From Octopus sinensis (taxonomy: Eukaryota), in NCBI RefSeq assembly GCF_006345805.1, contig NC_042999.1, positions 81,654,001 through 81,718,000 on the forward strand: DNA of 64,000 bases. Reading direction: 5' to 3'. The translations under genes were made by a program, and so were the position numbers. The notes beneath the pieces are model-generated. The model saw nothing but the letters and a program-made list of their open reading frames with translations. It was not told where the DNA came from and searched no databases. Below are positions 1 through 14,175 of this stretch, in pieces. Position 1 is the first letter of the stretch. Every line of letters begins with the position of its first letter.

Positions 1-2805
1 CATGTAATTTGAAAGTTTCCAAGTGAGATACGGAAAAAATATTGAATTAAAATCTCTTGAGTAGGCCACAGTATTACTGAAGAACCTATTTCTTCACTAC
101 TAACTTACATGGCGCGAGAAATATACATCTTGGAGAAAACTGGACGAATACTGACAAAAGAGCGACAAAATATTCTTCAGACAATAACTCTGTAGATTAA
201 TATCAACAGCAAGGAATCTTTATGGAAGAGGAAATAATCAACTTTATTACTTACTTTCAAAGCGTAGATATTAACTCATGCATGTACTGAACACTGTAAA
301 TATATAAATGTTCAATTTTTTTCTTTTTGAAAATGTAACCACATGAGAATCGTTGACAGTTTTCTTCGCCGTCTTCCCTTCTTTTGGACTTTACTCTGTT
401 TCCGAAGAAGAGCGTCTGTTCGAAAGTTAAATCATCTTTTAGTCCGTGTACTAAAAGCAATCTGAAAATGTTATCTCTTTCTGCGAAAAAAGAGAAAGAA
501 AGAATGATACTGATTGTTATGCTCGCACTAACAAACTCATTCACAAGGGCTTGGTCAGTAAAAATGCGACGCAGTGGAGCTGGAATTCAAATATTGCGAC
601 TGAGAAACGTATTTCTGAAATACTGAGACACATGAACTTAGGGTTAGCGTACGGGTAATTCTTCCCTACAAGATGGTAATCCACATCCCGAAATTTTTCA
701 GATATTTACTTATCGACTGATAATAATAATTAGACTACGGTATTAATGAGTAATTATATGTTTACAATACTTCTCTCTATTTAGGTGCTTCACATTTTCT
801 GCAGGAAAATAATTAAAGGTATAAGGAATTGCTAACCACAGTGATTTAACTTTTGTAAATACCTGGTGTATTAACTTTTGTTACTTCTTGAAGTTTGATT
901 TTATGAAGCTTTCTTTCTGTCTTTTTATTCATACCTACTAGTAAACTTTGAATTCCATATCTAATTGGGCCACCTTGCCTCAACGTTTGTACATTATTGT
1001 CATCCTACGTAATTCTTCATCGAAACAAATTTGTGATATCCTACGTACATAAGCTGTAGGGTATATAGTCGTAGTTGGAAATTACTGTGGAATTGCATAC
1101 TCTGATAGATGTAATTGCAATTATCAATGAAATAATAAAAATAGGCGTAATTTTCTTATGTTGGATCTTTTTTCTTCTAAGGTAAATACCTCTTCAAATT
1201 GTATTATATTGTTACTTCAAATGTTCTACCGTTAGATTCTAAAGCAATTTGTATGTTTTTATATATCTTTGAATCTAGTTATTCTTTTAATCATTAATCG
1301 AAGTTTAAACATAGTAATATTACAGAGAATTGGGAAACTAATTGAATTTTCAAGAGAGAATACCGAAAACCTATTCAACTATTGTCGCCTGTAGGTTACA
1401 ATGCCCACCTAAAATGCATATGATGACAAAAAAGAATGAATTTAAAACTAAACTATGCCGCTGATGGTATAGGTTAATTTTAAACTACAATCGAATATAC
1501 AACGCTTTTTATTCACTCTAATGCCGCGAGTTCATACACAACAAACTAACATTTAAAACTCCAGTACTACAGAACAAGAAATAATTCATTGTTACCTTCT
1601 TTTTGCGAATGATTGAACTTATGTGCCCGGAGAATTTTATATGGTAGTAATCTGTTAACAAAGATTCTCCTACAGACACATAGAAACTGTATATGATAGC
1701 TCTCTGAAGTTAGCGATCAGAAATCATTAACGTCAACGAATTGACACTCAAGCACACACACACATACACACATACATACACACACATTCACGCTCACACA
1801 CACATTCAAGGAACTGTTAAGAATTTAGGTTCTATGTGTTCCGATAAATCGACTGAAGTTGATGTTTATTTCTTTCCATTGTTTACGTAAAACACGATGT
1901 AGTGACAAATAAACTTAACTCGAAATAACTGAAATTAACGTATGCCTGTATTCTCTGTGAACCGCATAAGTTATTAAATAGTAAATAATTCACAAAAATC
2001 TTGTTTAGTAAAACCTGAAATCTATTTTAAATATATTTCAATTCATTAAATATTAATACTACAAAGTTGCACCATATGGACATTGTTAGAATCTCTTACC
2101 AAGATCTGATGTGACAAAGTGATATATAGTTCTCTAAAATTTTATCTGCAAATAACTGAATAGTTAAAGGCAAATACCCTGATTAAGAGAAGACATATTT
2201 CAAACTGTATGGAATAAGTACCTACTTACATTAATATATTTCTTGAAGGCGAGAGGACAAAATCATGCGAAAATGTAGGAACTTAAGATGAAGTATATTG
2301 TCAAGAAGCACAACAGAAAACAATTAGTAAATGATAAGTCATATCGAATGGCAACATAGAATCTCAACGTAACTAAAACTACACATCACGAACGAAGTCT
2401 TTAACACTTTAGGACCGGTAAATCGATCGCACGTATGCAGAAAATAAACTTATGAAAATTTCTGGTTTCTCACATCTACACACAGAAATGTTCCCGAATT
2501 AATTATTCTTAAATTAATTTCTATTGAATTATTACAAAGAATTGTTGAATTAAGATACGCAATAATAATAATAATAATATAAAAAAAAACACAACAATGA
2601 ATTAATGACTAGATTCCAAATTAGGCATAATACAAATTCAGAAATATAATATATAATATTTCCTGTCAAATTTCGACAATCAAGATTTAAAGTATCAACA
2701 ATGTAAGAGACAATAAGAGAATATAAAAAAAATGAAGACTACAATTATGTTTGTATAAAAGACAAACCGTTTCTGTTAGCAAGTTAAGTAGGATAATCGA
2801 AAACT

Positions 2806-2892
<87 letters not shown>

Positions 2893-2914
2893 CTCTCTCT
2901 ATATATATATATAT
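2806..2914. repeat. (TATC)n microsatellite grading into (TC)n/(TA)n
   Basis: Read directly from the sequence; explains the spurious YLSI-repeat ORF 2751..3035. A similar tract lies at about 3490-3720. Confidence 0.95.
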
Positions 2915-3534
2915 CAGACAGCCTATCTTTCTATTTATATACCAAACTATTAATTATTGTGTATATATATATATATATATATATACATGCATACATACTC
3001 AGAAATATATAAGCAGACCCTACTTTATTATATAATTTATATCTAAAAGAGTGGCTTCCAGCTAATTCTACAATATACATATTAATACAAAACTCATTTA
3101 TGATGTTAGATTAAATGTACATAGATTGAATTATGAACAATATCAAATTATTTTTTCATATTCTGACTTTATTTTCCTTATTTATCAACATTATATTAAT
3201 ATTTAAAGTTTGTTCAAACAAAAAATGGGGTTACACAGAATATGGGACATGACTATACAAGTGTAAAGGGACATACATTTTCTTAAGACTGAACTTTTTA
3301 TATTTTTTATTGATTTCCCCATACTACTTCCTAAAATTGACATTTTGAAAGGTCATAAGCCACTGTGAGAAAATGTTTTTATTTACAAATATGTTGATAG
3401 ATATACAATGCGAAGAAAAAAATATAGAAAGGAAAAAAAACAGAAAAATGCTTTGTAATGAAATTTCGATCAAATTGTAAAGAAACCGTTATCTACCTAC
3501 CTACTACCTACCTACCTATCTATCTATCTATCTT

Positions 3535-3615
<81 letters not shown>

Positions 3616-4299
3616 AATCTATCAATATATAACTATCTGTCTTTCTGTCTGTCTGTCTATCTGTCTGTCTGTCTGTCCGTCTGTCCGTTTGTCCGTTGTC
3701 TGTCAGTATGTTTGTCTATCTATCTATTCTTTCACCATTGCTTATTATTTTTCCCATTTCTTCATTGTCTTGAAACCTCTCTCTCTCTCTCTCTCTCTGT
3801 CTATTTCCCCACCTCTTCGCTTTTCTTTCTTTGTTTACCCCTTTTTCCAAAAAACATAAACATTTTTTTCCTCTTCTAAACAAATCAAAAAAATCACCCG
3901 ATCATCTGATTCATATAAATAAACAAGGAGACGTTCTGTTATTACCATATTGAATTTGATTTGTCATGACGAATTCAAATAACGAACGAGAGCTCTAATA
4001 AAGATTTATCCAAAATTCTGACTGTCTCATTTTTCTCAATATACAGTATCTCTCTCTCTCTCTACACACACACACACACGCACACACACAAACATATATA
4101 TGGTAAGAGCAGTGGACATAATATTCGGGCAGTTACAGAATCTCTCCCAGGAAAATTCCGAGGTTGGCTCCTTCAGATGGTGCGTATTTTTTTTTTTTGG
4201 TAAACTTCCTTTAGCTCCCATCCGATTTTACAGATTATTTCCTGGCTACTTAGAGTGGAAAGTACAATATTGATAAGGAGAATGAGGAGAATGAAGAAT

Positions 4300-5421
4300 C
4301 TGAACATTCAAGCATTTTGTTTCTTTCCAGTTAAACGCCGTCTTCGACGGGAGTGTCTATCGTTTATGTATACATGCATACATACACACATACATGAAGC
4401 TGATAATATTATAAGACTTTCAAGGCAGCTTCCTGAGCAAAATTCTTTGTCTGATAACCTAGAATACATGTCCAAAGAAATCACACGACTCTACCGCAAC
4501 GTATCATCTGATGAAAGGTTAAGACTATATGAGCAGAAGACTATGCATGGATACGTTAGGAGAAAGATGATAGTAACACTGATCATAAACGCAGTTTATC
4601 ATGGATCAATAGGCGGATTACTACCTCCCACTTTGAAGGATATGCGTTTGCAATCCAAGAACAGGAAATATTAACGAAGTACCTGATACACAAAAGGGAT
4701 AGATATGCTGGAAAGCAGTGAAATATGACAACAAATGCAGACTTTGTGGAGCTAACACCGAAGATATCACCCACATCATAAGCAGTTGTCCGAAAATGTC
4801 ATCACCGTATTATCTACCGATGATACATGACGTTGTAGCTAGGACACACTGTAATGAAATATGTCGGAAGGATAATCACTAGGACAAAAAAATAAGAAAC
4901 TACAATATGGTAGAATCCATTGCCAGTCATAATAAAAAAGAAAACTGGTGGAATGAACCAGTGAAGACCTCAATAAAATGTAAGCACAGCAGACCTGATA
5001 TAATGATTTGGGTTAGAGAAGAGAAAGTGTGCACAGTTGTGAAAATTAGCTGCCCAGCGGACGTTAACATACAGCTGAAGATCAGTGAAAAAGAGAATAC
5101 CCATGCTGAACTATTGACATACAGATTCTCTGTCCAGATTATAAGTTCAGATTTATAACTGTAATTATTGGGGTCCTGGGATATGTAACACACTGCCTAA
5201 ATAACAATCTTGAGAATTCAAGCTTCGCAAAACCAGGCAGGAGAAGGCTAATTCGAAGATTACAGATACAATCCATGAATCGAACTGTAAAAGTCTGTAA
5301 CACATTCCAGATGTTTATCATTTAAATATATATGAGCATGGCTAGATATGCAACTATAAGCTTGAGAATACATACAAAAAACTTACAAATCTGTTCATAC
5401 ATACATACATACATACATAAA

Positions 5422-5455
<34 letters not shown>

Positions 5456-5680
5456 CATACATACATACATACATACATATACACATACATACGTACATAT
5501 ATACATACATACATGTATGCATGCATACAAACATACAAACAAAAGCACTGTAGTTGATGTTGAAATTCCAATGAGGGAGCCTTGGATCTAGGTTAGAAAT
5601 CGGCTCTTTCTCTATCCGCAAGAAATGTTGAAATAAACTGAATAATGACATACATACATACATACATACATACATACACG
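4300..5680 (+). mobile_element. 5'-truncated non-LTR retrotransposon with restriction-like endonuclease (R4/Dong-like), degenerate, with (TACA)n tail
   Basis: Frameshifted translation gives CRLCGANTEDITHIISSC (CCHC finger, about 4736-4789), HDVVA, RPDIMIW...VVKISCPAD (PD..D/E nuclease) and IPVIIGVLG. Stop at about 5323, then a 3' UTR containing and ending in (CATA)n. Confidence 0.85.
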
Positions 5681-6486
5681 ATAGACTCACCCGCCGAAGA
5701 CGACGTATGTACATTCGGCTATTGCCGAACGACCTTCACAAATAATTTGTTGACAATGATCGAACGTATGTGCTATACATCAGCACCTTCTCTCCATCAA
5801 ATCGACGTTGACTGAACAGCTGCACGGTGTAACACACGTGAGGTGACGAAGTGATCGCAGAGCAATTTCAAATGAATTATTCTACTCATGAACACAACGA
5901 AACACCCAGTCTAGTAATTGAAACCGTGATCTCACGATCGTAAATGCATTAGCCTCATCACTACGACACTCATTAATGCTACTTATGTATGTTAGTATTC
6001 TTCAGTTATATGTTAGTATTGATAAACAATTATATTTTGTCAAGATTTAGATTTTTCGTTTTGATTATATTTTTTGTCTATATAATATATATATATATAC
6101 AAATATAACTTTAAATGTTTTATATAATGCCAAAGCTTTCTGTCTAGTATTTTTATTTGTTTATCATTGCATGTTATTAACTATTTTTGGAACATGATCA
6201 GGATTCAGAAAACAGTAAAGGAACGGAAAGAAAGAGAAGATAATTTGTCTCGTTAGATATTCAATTTTGTACTACAAACTGAAAGGAACTAGCTTTTGGA
6301 TATAATTATTTTTAGTGAAATATACGTAGAAAAGCCCACACACACAAAAAAATTCAGTGAATATGCATGTATTAATACACACAGAATTACACACACACAT
6401 ATATACACACACAAATCTTCATGCGTGTATAGATATGTATGTAATATATGTGTGTATATATATATAAATGCATAAGTATATACATC

Positions 6487-6556
<70 letters not shown>

Positions 6557-6601
6557 TACACACACATATTATATATAATATATATTATATATTATATATA
6601 T

Positions 6602-7017
<416 letters not shown>

Positions 7018-7028
7018 ATATATATATA

Positions 7029-7107
<79 letters not shown>

Positions 7108-7523
7108 TTACATATATATTCATGTATTATGTATGTATGTAAATATGGTCCTCGGTTGGATTCCACGTTGCAGACTCAGGTGTTCGAACAACTGAATTGT
7201 CACTCGAAATGGTTTGAAACACGATGATCATTCCGCAGGTATGTGCATAACGTAATAGAAGAGCTGACTCAACGTGACAGGGTATGCCGTACGTTGGAAT
7301 GACAAGTTTAATGCATTCAACAAGATTCTTTCTAGCTTCACTATCAAGTTATACGGTGACTTGTGTATATAGAAAATGAGATTAATGGAATATGCAATCC
7401 CTTAAGGTCGAACCTGAGAAATCGTTCTTGAGAATGAGGAATGTAAACATTCGGCCGTACTTCTATATGTGTACATAGCTACTCACGCAAAAGCACGCTG
7501 ATGCATACATATATATATATATT

Positions 7524-7567
<44 letters not shown>

Positions 7568-7924
7568 ATATATATATATAATATATATTATGTGAAATAG
7601 AAAGATGAATAATCTTGTAGTAGATTAATCAAAAGTTTAACCGATACCTTAGTAGCAAAAATCACAGCAGTAAACAGCACGGTTGGAGGTACAACCATAT
7701 GGTGTTGCAACCGTGCGTTGGTGCGGATAATTGAAATTAAAACATTATTGGTGAATTGAAGAAATGGAGCTGAACGCAGATTGAACAGAAATCGTTTTAT
7801 TTCATTCTACACATGTTATATATATATATAAGAAAGTTGGTTTGTGAAAGCACGTGGGTGAATATATAAAAAATAGTAAAGAGTGAAAAAACGACAGAAG
7901 GCTTAAATGTTAAAAAATATATAT

Positions 7925-8417
7925 ATTGCAGCGTGGAAGGTGTTTATAAGCCATTTAAGAAATACACAAAAGCCGTTCGATTCACTTCAACATTTAAGTT
8001 TAATTTGTCAAAATATTTTCGTCGCTAAAATCCGCGACCTGTTCACTGACAAAGTCCGTGCTGCATCTAAGAAAGTAACAGTTAGTTCGTCATATATATG
8101 TACGTATGAATGTGTGTATGTATACATACATGTGTGTATGTATGTACGTATGCATGTACGTACATACGCCTGTGTATGCATGCATGTATGTATGTATGTA
8201 TGTATGTATATAGGAGAATGGGCAGACGTGTCAGTGTGTACATGTGTATGTGTATGTGAACGTATGTCCGTGTACTGGCATGTGTCCGTCCAAGTTGTGT
8301 ACATGACTGTTACTTTGCTGAAGGTTGTATACATATTCACATATATGTTTGTATAGACGTACACACACATATATATATGTGTGGGTGTGTGTTTGTTCCT
8401 CTCATCATCGTCTAACT
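7925..8417. repeat. Left arm of a long inverted repeat flanking a PLE fragment
   Basis: Near-identical reverse complement of 9320-9526 plus about 10010-10327. Confidence 0.9.
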
Positions 8418-9183
8418 TGCATTCGGAATATGTAGTGCTGGATGCAATGCTCCGGATACACACAAGACGATAGAGTCAGGGTGTACAAAGGAGCGAAAGC
8501 TAGATCCGAACGCATTCTAAGGAACGACGAAAACGGTATATGCCCCCTGTACCGCAACAAGTTCTGGAATAGGTTTGAGAGGGACACCAACAAAAAGATG
8601 AGAAACGTTACTTGGTACGATAACAGGAGATTTCACGGAGTGATGTTCGTTGACGACACACCTAAGAACGAGCTAAGTAAGGCATTCAAGAAGGTCCTGC
8701 GCACTACGGGCCTAAAAGTTAAAGTCGTAGAAAAGACAGGTAGTACTATCAAATCGGCATTATGCAGATCATATCCATTTGATAGAATCACCTGTCAAAG
8801 TAATTGTGCAGTATGTTCGACAAATCCACATGTAAATTGTAAAACCAAGGGCACTGTATACCAGATTAAGTGCCAGGAGGGAGCTTGCGCGACTAACCCA
8901 GAGTCATACATAGGTGAGACCTCTAGAAGCATCAATGATAGGTTCAAAGAACACCTGGACAACTACATTGAAAGGAAGCCAAACTCCATCTTCTACCAAA
9001 TGCTGTAGACTGCCAACAAGGATCCTTAGGGAAGCTTAAGTTGAACATCCTATCAACACATCCCACCGATGCAATGTTGAGACAGGTCACAGAAGCTGTT
9101 TGTATATACAAGAATAAACCTACTCTCAACCGAAAGTCCGAATGGAGTAACATCCAGATACCATTCAGAAGCACTATTCTATA
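8418..9183 (+). pseudogene. Penelope-like element C-terminal region (RT thumb/linker, Cys-rich motif, GIY-YIG endonuclease), frameshifted near 9000
   Basis: ORF 8442..9008 contains MQCSGY, CQSNCAVC, VYQIKC...YIGETSRSINDRFKEH. It continues in another frame as AMLRQVTEAVCIYKNKPTLNRKSEW. Confidence 0.9.
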
Positions 9184-9319
9184 ACCACCCATCTCTCTCT
9201 CTCCATTTTACCTGTAGTCCTTACATACAGGTTGCAATGCGTATGTGCAGTTATATACAACGGTATGAGCGGACGTTGTTTGATACGGACAGTTGCACTT
9301 AGGCGTTGTATCCATTCAC

Positions 9320-10325
9320 AGTTAGACGATGATGAGAGGAACAAACACACACCCACACATATATATATATGTGTGTGCGTCTATACAAACATATATGTGA
9401 ATATGTATACAACCTTCAGCAAAGTAACAGTCACGTACACAACTTGGACGGACACATGCCAGTACACGGACATACGTTCACATACACATACACATGTACA
9501 CACTGACACGTCTGCCCATTCTCCTAGACACTCACATACATACGTAGCACATGAATACAAACATACATACATACCTACGTATGGGCATACACACGTACAT
9601 ACGCACGTACATGTACGCACACACATACATGGGCACGTGCATACGAGCGCGGATACATACATACACACATGCGTACGTATGTACATACACACATACATAC
9701 ACACATACATACATACATACATAATACATACATACATACATACATACATACATACATACGCACATACATACATACATACGCACAATAGTAAAACAATAGT
9801 TCTGTGATATAGAGATAAAGATCTGATAATAGTGTTTAGCGTATAGTTTTGGGAGTAAGCATCGTAAATCACTTTCTAGCTTCGGCCGTAGGAAGTTGAA
9901 ATTTGATAGCTTTGTGATGAGTGGTCACTCTACATCCATCCATCGCTACAGGTTTATAGCTTTATGTTTTATAGAGTGTGTGTGCGTGCATATACAACAC
10001 ACATATATACATACATACATACATACATACATACATACATACAACATACATACATACTACATACATACATACAGCATACACAGGCGTATGTACGTGCATG
10101 CATACGTACATACATACACACATGTATGCATACATAACACATACATACGTACATATATATGACGAACTAACTGTTACTTTCTTAGATGCAGCACGGACTT
10201 TGTCAGTGAACAGGTCGCGGATTTTAGCGACGAAAATATTTTGACACATTAAACTTAAATGTTGAAGTGAATCGAACGGCTTTTGTGTGTTTCTTAAATG
10301 GCTTATAAACACCTTCCACGCAGCA

Positions 10326-10327
<2 letters not shown>
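9320..10327. repeat. Right arm of the long inverted repeat, with about 480 bp (9527-10009) missing from the left arm
   Basis: Direct reverse-complement comparison with 7925-8417. Confidence 0.85.
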
Positions 10328-10377
<50 letters not shown>

Positions 10378-10383
<6 letters not shown>

Positions 10384-10450
10384 AACGAGGCCCCTTTTTC
10401 GGTTTCCGTCGACCAAATCCACTCACAAGATTTTGGTTGGACCGCGGCTA
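10378..10450 (-). mobile_element. Internal fragment of tRNA-derived SINE family A (host family of the insertions at 22.6-27.4 kb)
   Basis: Reverse complement matches CTACTATAGC...CCAA...TTGTGAGTGGATTTGGT.GACGGAAAC seen at 27140-27195. Confidence 0.7.
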
Positions 10451-10873
10451 TAGTAGTAGATACTTGCCATAAAAATATACATAAACACACGTTCTATATA
10501 TTCGATCTTCAGTCGTTTATTACTGATCTTATTTTAACTCATATCCATTTTTCGGAAATCTTTCGTCTTACTCCGCTTAGTCCAAGGATAGACTAAGCAG
10601 AAATATCTGTTTCAATAATATGTTTCAAGACACGGTTCCACATAAGAAATCTTGTATCAGATTCATGAACGTAAATATATATATATATATATCTCCTTAA
10701 AACCTTAAATATATTTTAGCCCGAAGGCCGCGGCCATGGTGGGGCTCCACCGATGAATATACATATATATATATATTATATATATATATTATATATATAT
10801 AATATATATATATATATATTATATATATATATATATAAATGAAAGAATGGAGTCGAACGACGATTTAACAAAA

Positions 10874-10972
10874 TTCCTTTATTCTCGACATATGTTTCGA
10901 AGACTGCATATTCCTAATTTCGAAGGAATAAGGGGTGCATTCTGCCGCCTTCTCATCAGGAAAGACAAGGAA
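10874..10972 (-). ncRNA. Type I hammerhead ribozyme (GUC cleavage triplet) in left inverted arm
   Basis: Minus strand reads TTCCTT-GTC-TTTC CTGATGA GAAGGC..TGCA..TATTCCT..AGGAATA TGCA GTCTTC GAAAC ATAT GTC GAGA-ATA-AAGGAA. All three stems can pair and the core is intact. Confidence 0.85.
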
Positions 10973-12700
10973 CTTATGTCAGCATCATGATGAACAAAAA
11001 CTTTTAGATGACCGCCCACACGGATTCCATAGTGATAATGGGAGGCAATTAGTGATAAGGGGAGGCAATCGGCAACCAACCCCAATTTTCCAGTACAGAA
11101 ATATTCCCTTTAATGTAAATGGTAACACTCTGAACAATTATAAGTCCACAAAAAACTATATCTGGTTTGTCATACCTTTCGGAAAACAAATCAAGTCAAA
11201 CCTTCCTTTACAGTTCCGTGAAGCCGTAGCTAGGAACTTTCCCAAGAATTCTAGGTATTACTCTACTATCAATTCGCATAAGGTAAGGATTGCATTCTCT
11301 AACACTAGAAATCTATCGCAAATTATTGCCTCCCATAATAACAAGCTGCTAAATAAGGATTCTTCACCCGGGAGTTACGACACTGCTCTTACCAGTTCCA
11401 ACCAAAGATACAATAATAATAATAATAGAAATAGTATTGATAATAGCAACATTCATAGCAGCGTTGGCATTAACAATGGTAATATTAATAATAGTATTAG
11501 TCGGATTATTAACAGTGGTAGTGTTAGTGGTAGTAACGACAGCATTTCTAATAACAGTGGTAGTATTGGTGATAACAACCCCAGCATTCCTATAGTCAGG
11601 GATATTGCCGGCGATAGTACAATTAATAGTAATGACAATAATAGAAATAGTACAGTGGTCAATGCTAGCAATAATATTAACAGCAATCATAACAATAAAA
11701 ACTCCGTCTTAGTCTCGGAGGTAAACCCTAACAGATTAAAGTTCTTGTGCAGCAATTCCAAAATTAGAAATTCCAGTTACCAGTGTAAAATTTCTTCGGT
11801 ACCGGTGTCTTCTTCTACATTGGGGCGACTACTTCTAAATTATCCCAGAGGATTTCCAATCATTATTCAACTTTCCGAGATAAGAGAAAACAACAAAGCA
11901 CAGGACTAAGTAAATTAGTTTGGCGTCTTAAGGACAGCAATATAACTTTCAAGCTGGAATGGTCCATATTGTCTGTATCCTTTCCGTTTGATAAGGGCAG
12001 AAAATTTTGTGGCGTCTTTAATTCCGAGCTTTTCCATATATTTTCGCCAAATTCCCTTTGGTAAACACAATGGTAGAAAAATCCTATAGGTGCATGCACT
12101 GGCAGAAACACACCTTTCACTCATATGAATGATGATTAAGATAGATAACCTCATTGAATTTAATAATTTGGTTGCACTTATACAACACCACCATAGACAA
12201 ATTTTATACTCCGTTTCATCAAGGACTACTACCAAATTCGTTTGGGTATGTTTTACCTTTATCTCCCTAACTCACCCTCCTCTCTCTCTTTCTTTCCCTC
12301 TCTCTATCGTAAGCACAATCAAACACACAGACACAAACCTGTCACTTCACCACTGGTTGTTTTTGGCATCTATCCCCCCACACAATCACGCACACACATA
12401 CACACACATAGACACGAATGCAGTTATATACATACACACACATAGGCACTCAATCTCATTAGCAAAGGCAAACAACAGCACATCACCATACATACGACTT
12501 GCACCCAGTCACCTTCCTATTCTTAGGAATCTCCCCTTCCAACCTTTTTTGAACTCTTGAACTTTCTAGAATCTTCTCCATTCAACCAATTTTGACGTCA
12601 CTGCTTATAATGGAATAGTTTAAAGAAACACTCATTATTACTATGGACTCCGTGTGGGCAGTCATCTAAAAGTTTTTGTTCATGATGATGCTGACATAAG

Positions 12701-12799
12701 TTCCTTGTCTTTCCTGATGAGAAATCGGCATAATGCACCCCTTATTCCTTCGAAATTAGGAATATGCAGTCTTCGAAACATATGTCGAGAATAAAGGAA
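12701..12799 (+). ncRNA. Type I hammerhead ribozyme in right arm (sense, 3' of the PLE ORF)
   Basis: CTGATGA at 12714-12720 and GAAACATATGTC at 12775-12786. Same as the left copy except GAAATC replaces GAAGGC, giving two mismatches in stem II. Confidence 0.8.
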
Positions 12800-13009
12800 T
12801 TTTGTTAAATCGTCGTTCGCCTCCATTCTTTCATTTATTTATAGTAAAAAACACACAAATTTCCACACGAAAGCACGTGATCTCTGCCCTTGGCATGTAG
12901 CTTCAACCGTGTTTTCTGACGTGAATTTGCTACCCGGGTATCGGTTAACCGAATTATCCATACTAGGATAATTAATTCAACTACTTATATATATATTATA
13001 TATATATTC

Positions 13010-13160
13010 ATGTATATACGGCGCCTCTCTTTCAGTTTCCCTCTACTAAATCCACTCACAAGGCTTTGGTTGGACCGAGGCTATAGTAGAAGCCACTTGT
13101 TCAAGGTGAGAATGAAAACCGAACCAGGTGGTCAGGAATCAAGCTTCATAATCCGCATCC
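13010..13160 (-). mobile_element. Older, degenerate SINE family A copy with an uninterrupted (empty) target site
   Basis: Reverse complement TAGGCATGG...ATGAAGCTTGATTCCTGACCACCTGGTTC...CTACTATAGCCTCGG...GTGAGTGGATTT is colinear with the spliced-together host SINEs. Confidence 0.7.
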
Positions 13161-13169
13161 ATGCCTACA

Positions 13170-13219
<50 letters not shown>

Positions 13220-13236
13220 TATATATATATATATAT

Positions 13237-13269
<33 letters not shown>

Positions 13270-13835
13270 TGTGTGTGTGTGTAATTGAAGATATATACAT
13301 GGGGCTGGTTTTATGTTTTTTCTATAGTGTGCTAAAAGCAGTGTGAATCGGAATAATTGTGAGGAAATTTGAATTTCAGTAGGACAGAAATACTAATTCA
13401 ATCACTTTTCACCTGTTACTTTTGTAGGCTCCGTGAAGTGTGAGGTTCTAACCTTTCAGATTAGGTCACGGTTCTTAACATCTCTTCTAAGAATATTTAA
13501 CATGTTTTTCTTTTTGATTTTGGTGTAACTAAGGTTATGCTGTTAGTGGTTCTAATCTTCACGTTTACATATATTTTGTGCACGAGGAGTGTGAAATTGC
13601 AAGACATGTTAATATATGATACATATAAAAAAACCTTCCTGTGTAAGAATTAACAATGTAAAATATTCCTGCGCTTTACATTTGCACTGCGTCTTTCTAG
13701 AAATTGGAAAGGGAACTGCATAAGTTTTATCTCGGGCGGAGCTAATAGTTATACATATTTATGTATATTTGTGTGTCTGTGTGTATGTCTATGTATATTT
13801 CTGTATACTTATGTGTATGTATGTATGTATGTATG

Positions 13836-13908
<73 letters not shown>

Positions 13909-14175
13909 TATATATATATATACACATGTATATATAATAAAAATAAGTTGTTCGGAGATTTCGATGGTTATACATATACAAATATTTATTAACATGTCAT
14001 ATGTTTTTGCAAATCACATATTTTCATCTACTCTAATAGATTCTTCAGATTTAAATTGCGTGAAGGGATTTGTCTCTTTTTATAGTATTAGTGAATGAGA
14101 TGGGTGGAGAGAAAGAGGGGGAGAAAAAGACGAGTAATATGGAGGAAAAGAGGGAGAGGAATGGGGAAATAGTGG

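Larger units (their letters stand above)
10835..12838 (+). mobile_element. 5'-truncated Penelope-like element (Naiad/Chlamys-like linker) bounded by 206-bp inverted repeats
   Basis: Arms 10835-11040 and 12633-12838 are near-perfect reverse complements. Internal protein motifs: KNYIWFVIPFGKQIKSNL...KVRIAFSNTRNLSQIIASHNNKLL, SYQCKISS and, after a 1-nt frameshift, FYIGATTSKLSQRISNHYSTF...GLSKLVWRLKD...EWSIL...KFCGV. Confidence 0.9.

Noticed and set aside
109-189. Possible 81-nt minus-strand exon with GTAAGT donor, and ORF 257..544
   Set aside because: Weak acceptor, ambiguous frame and no recognisable protein.
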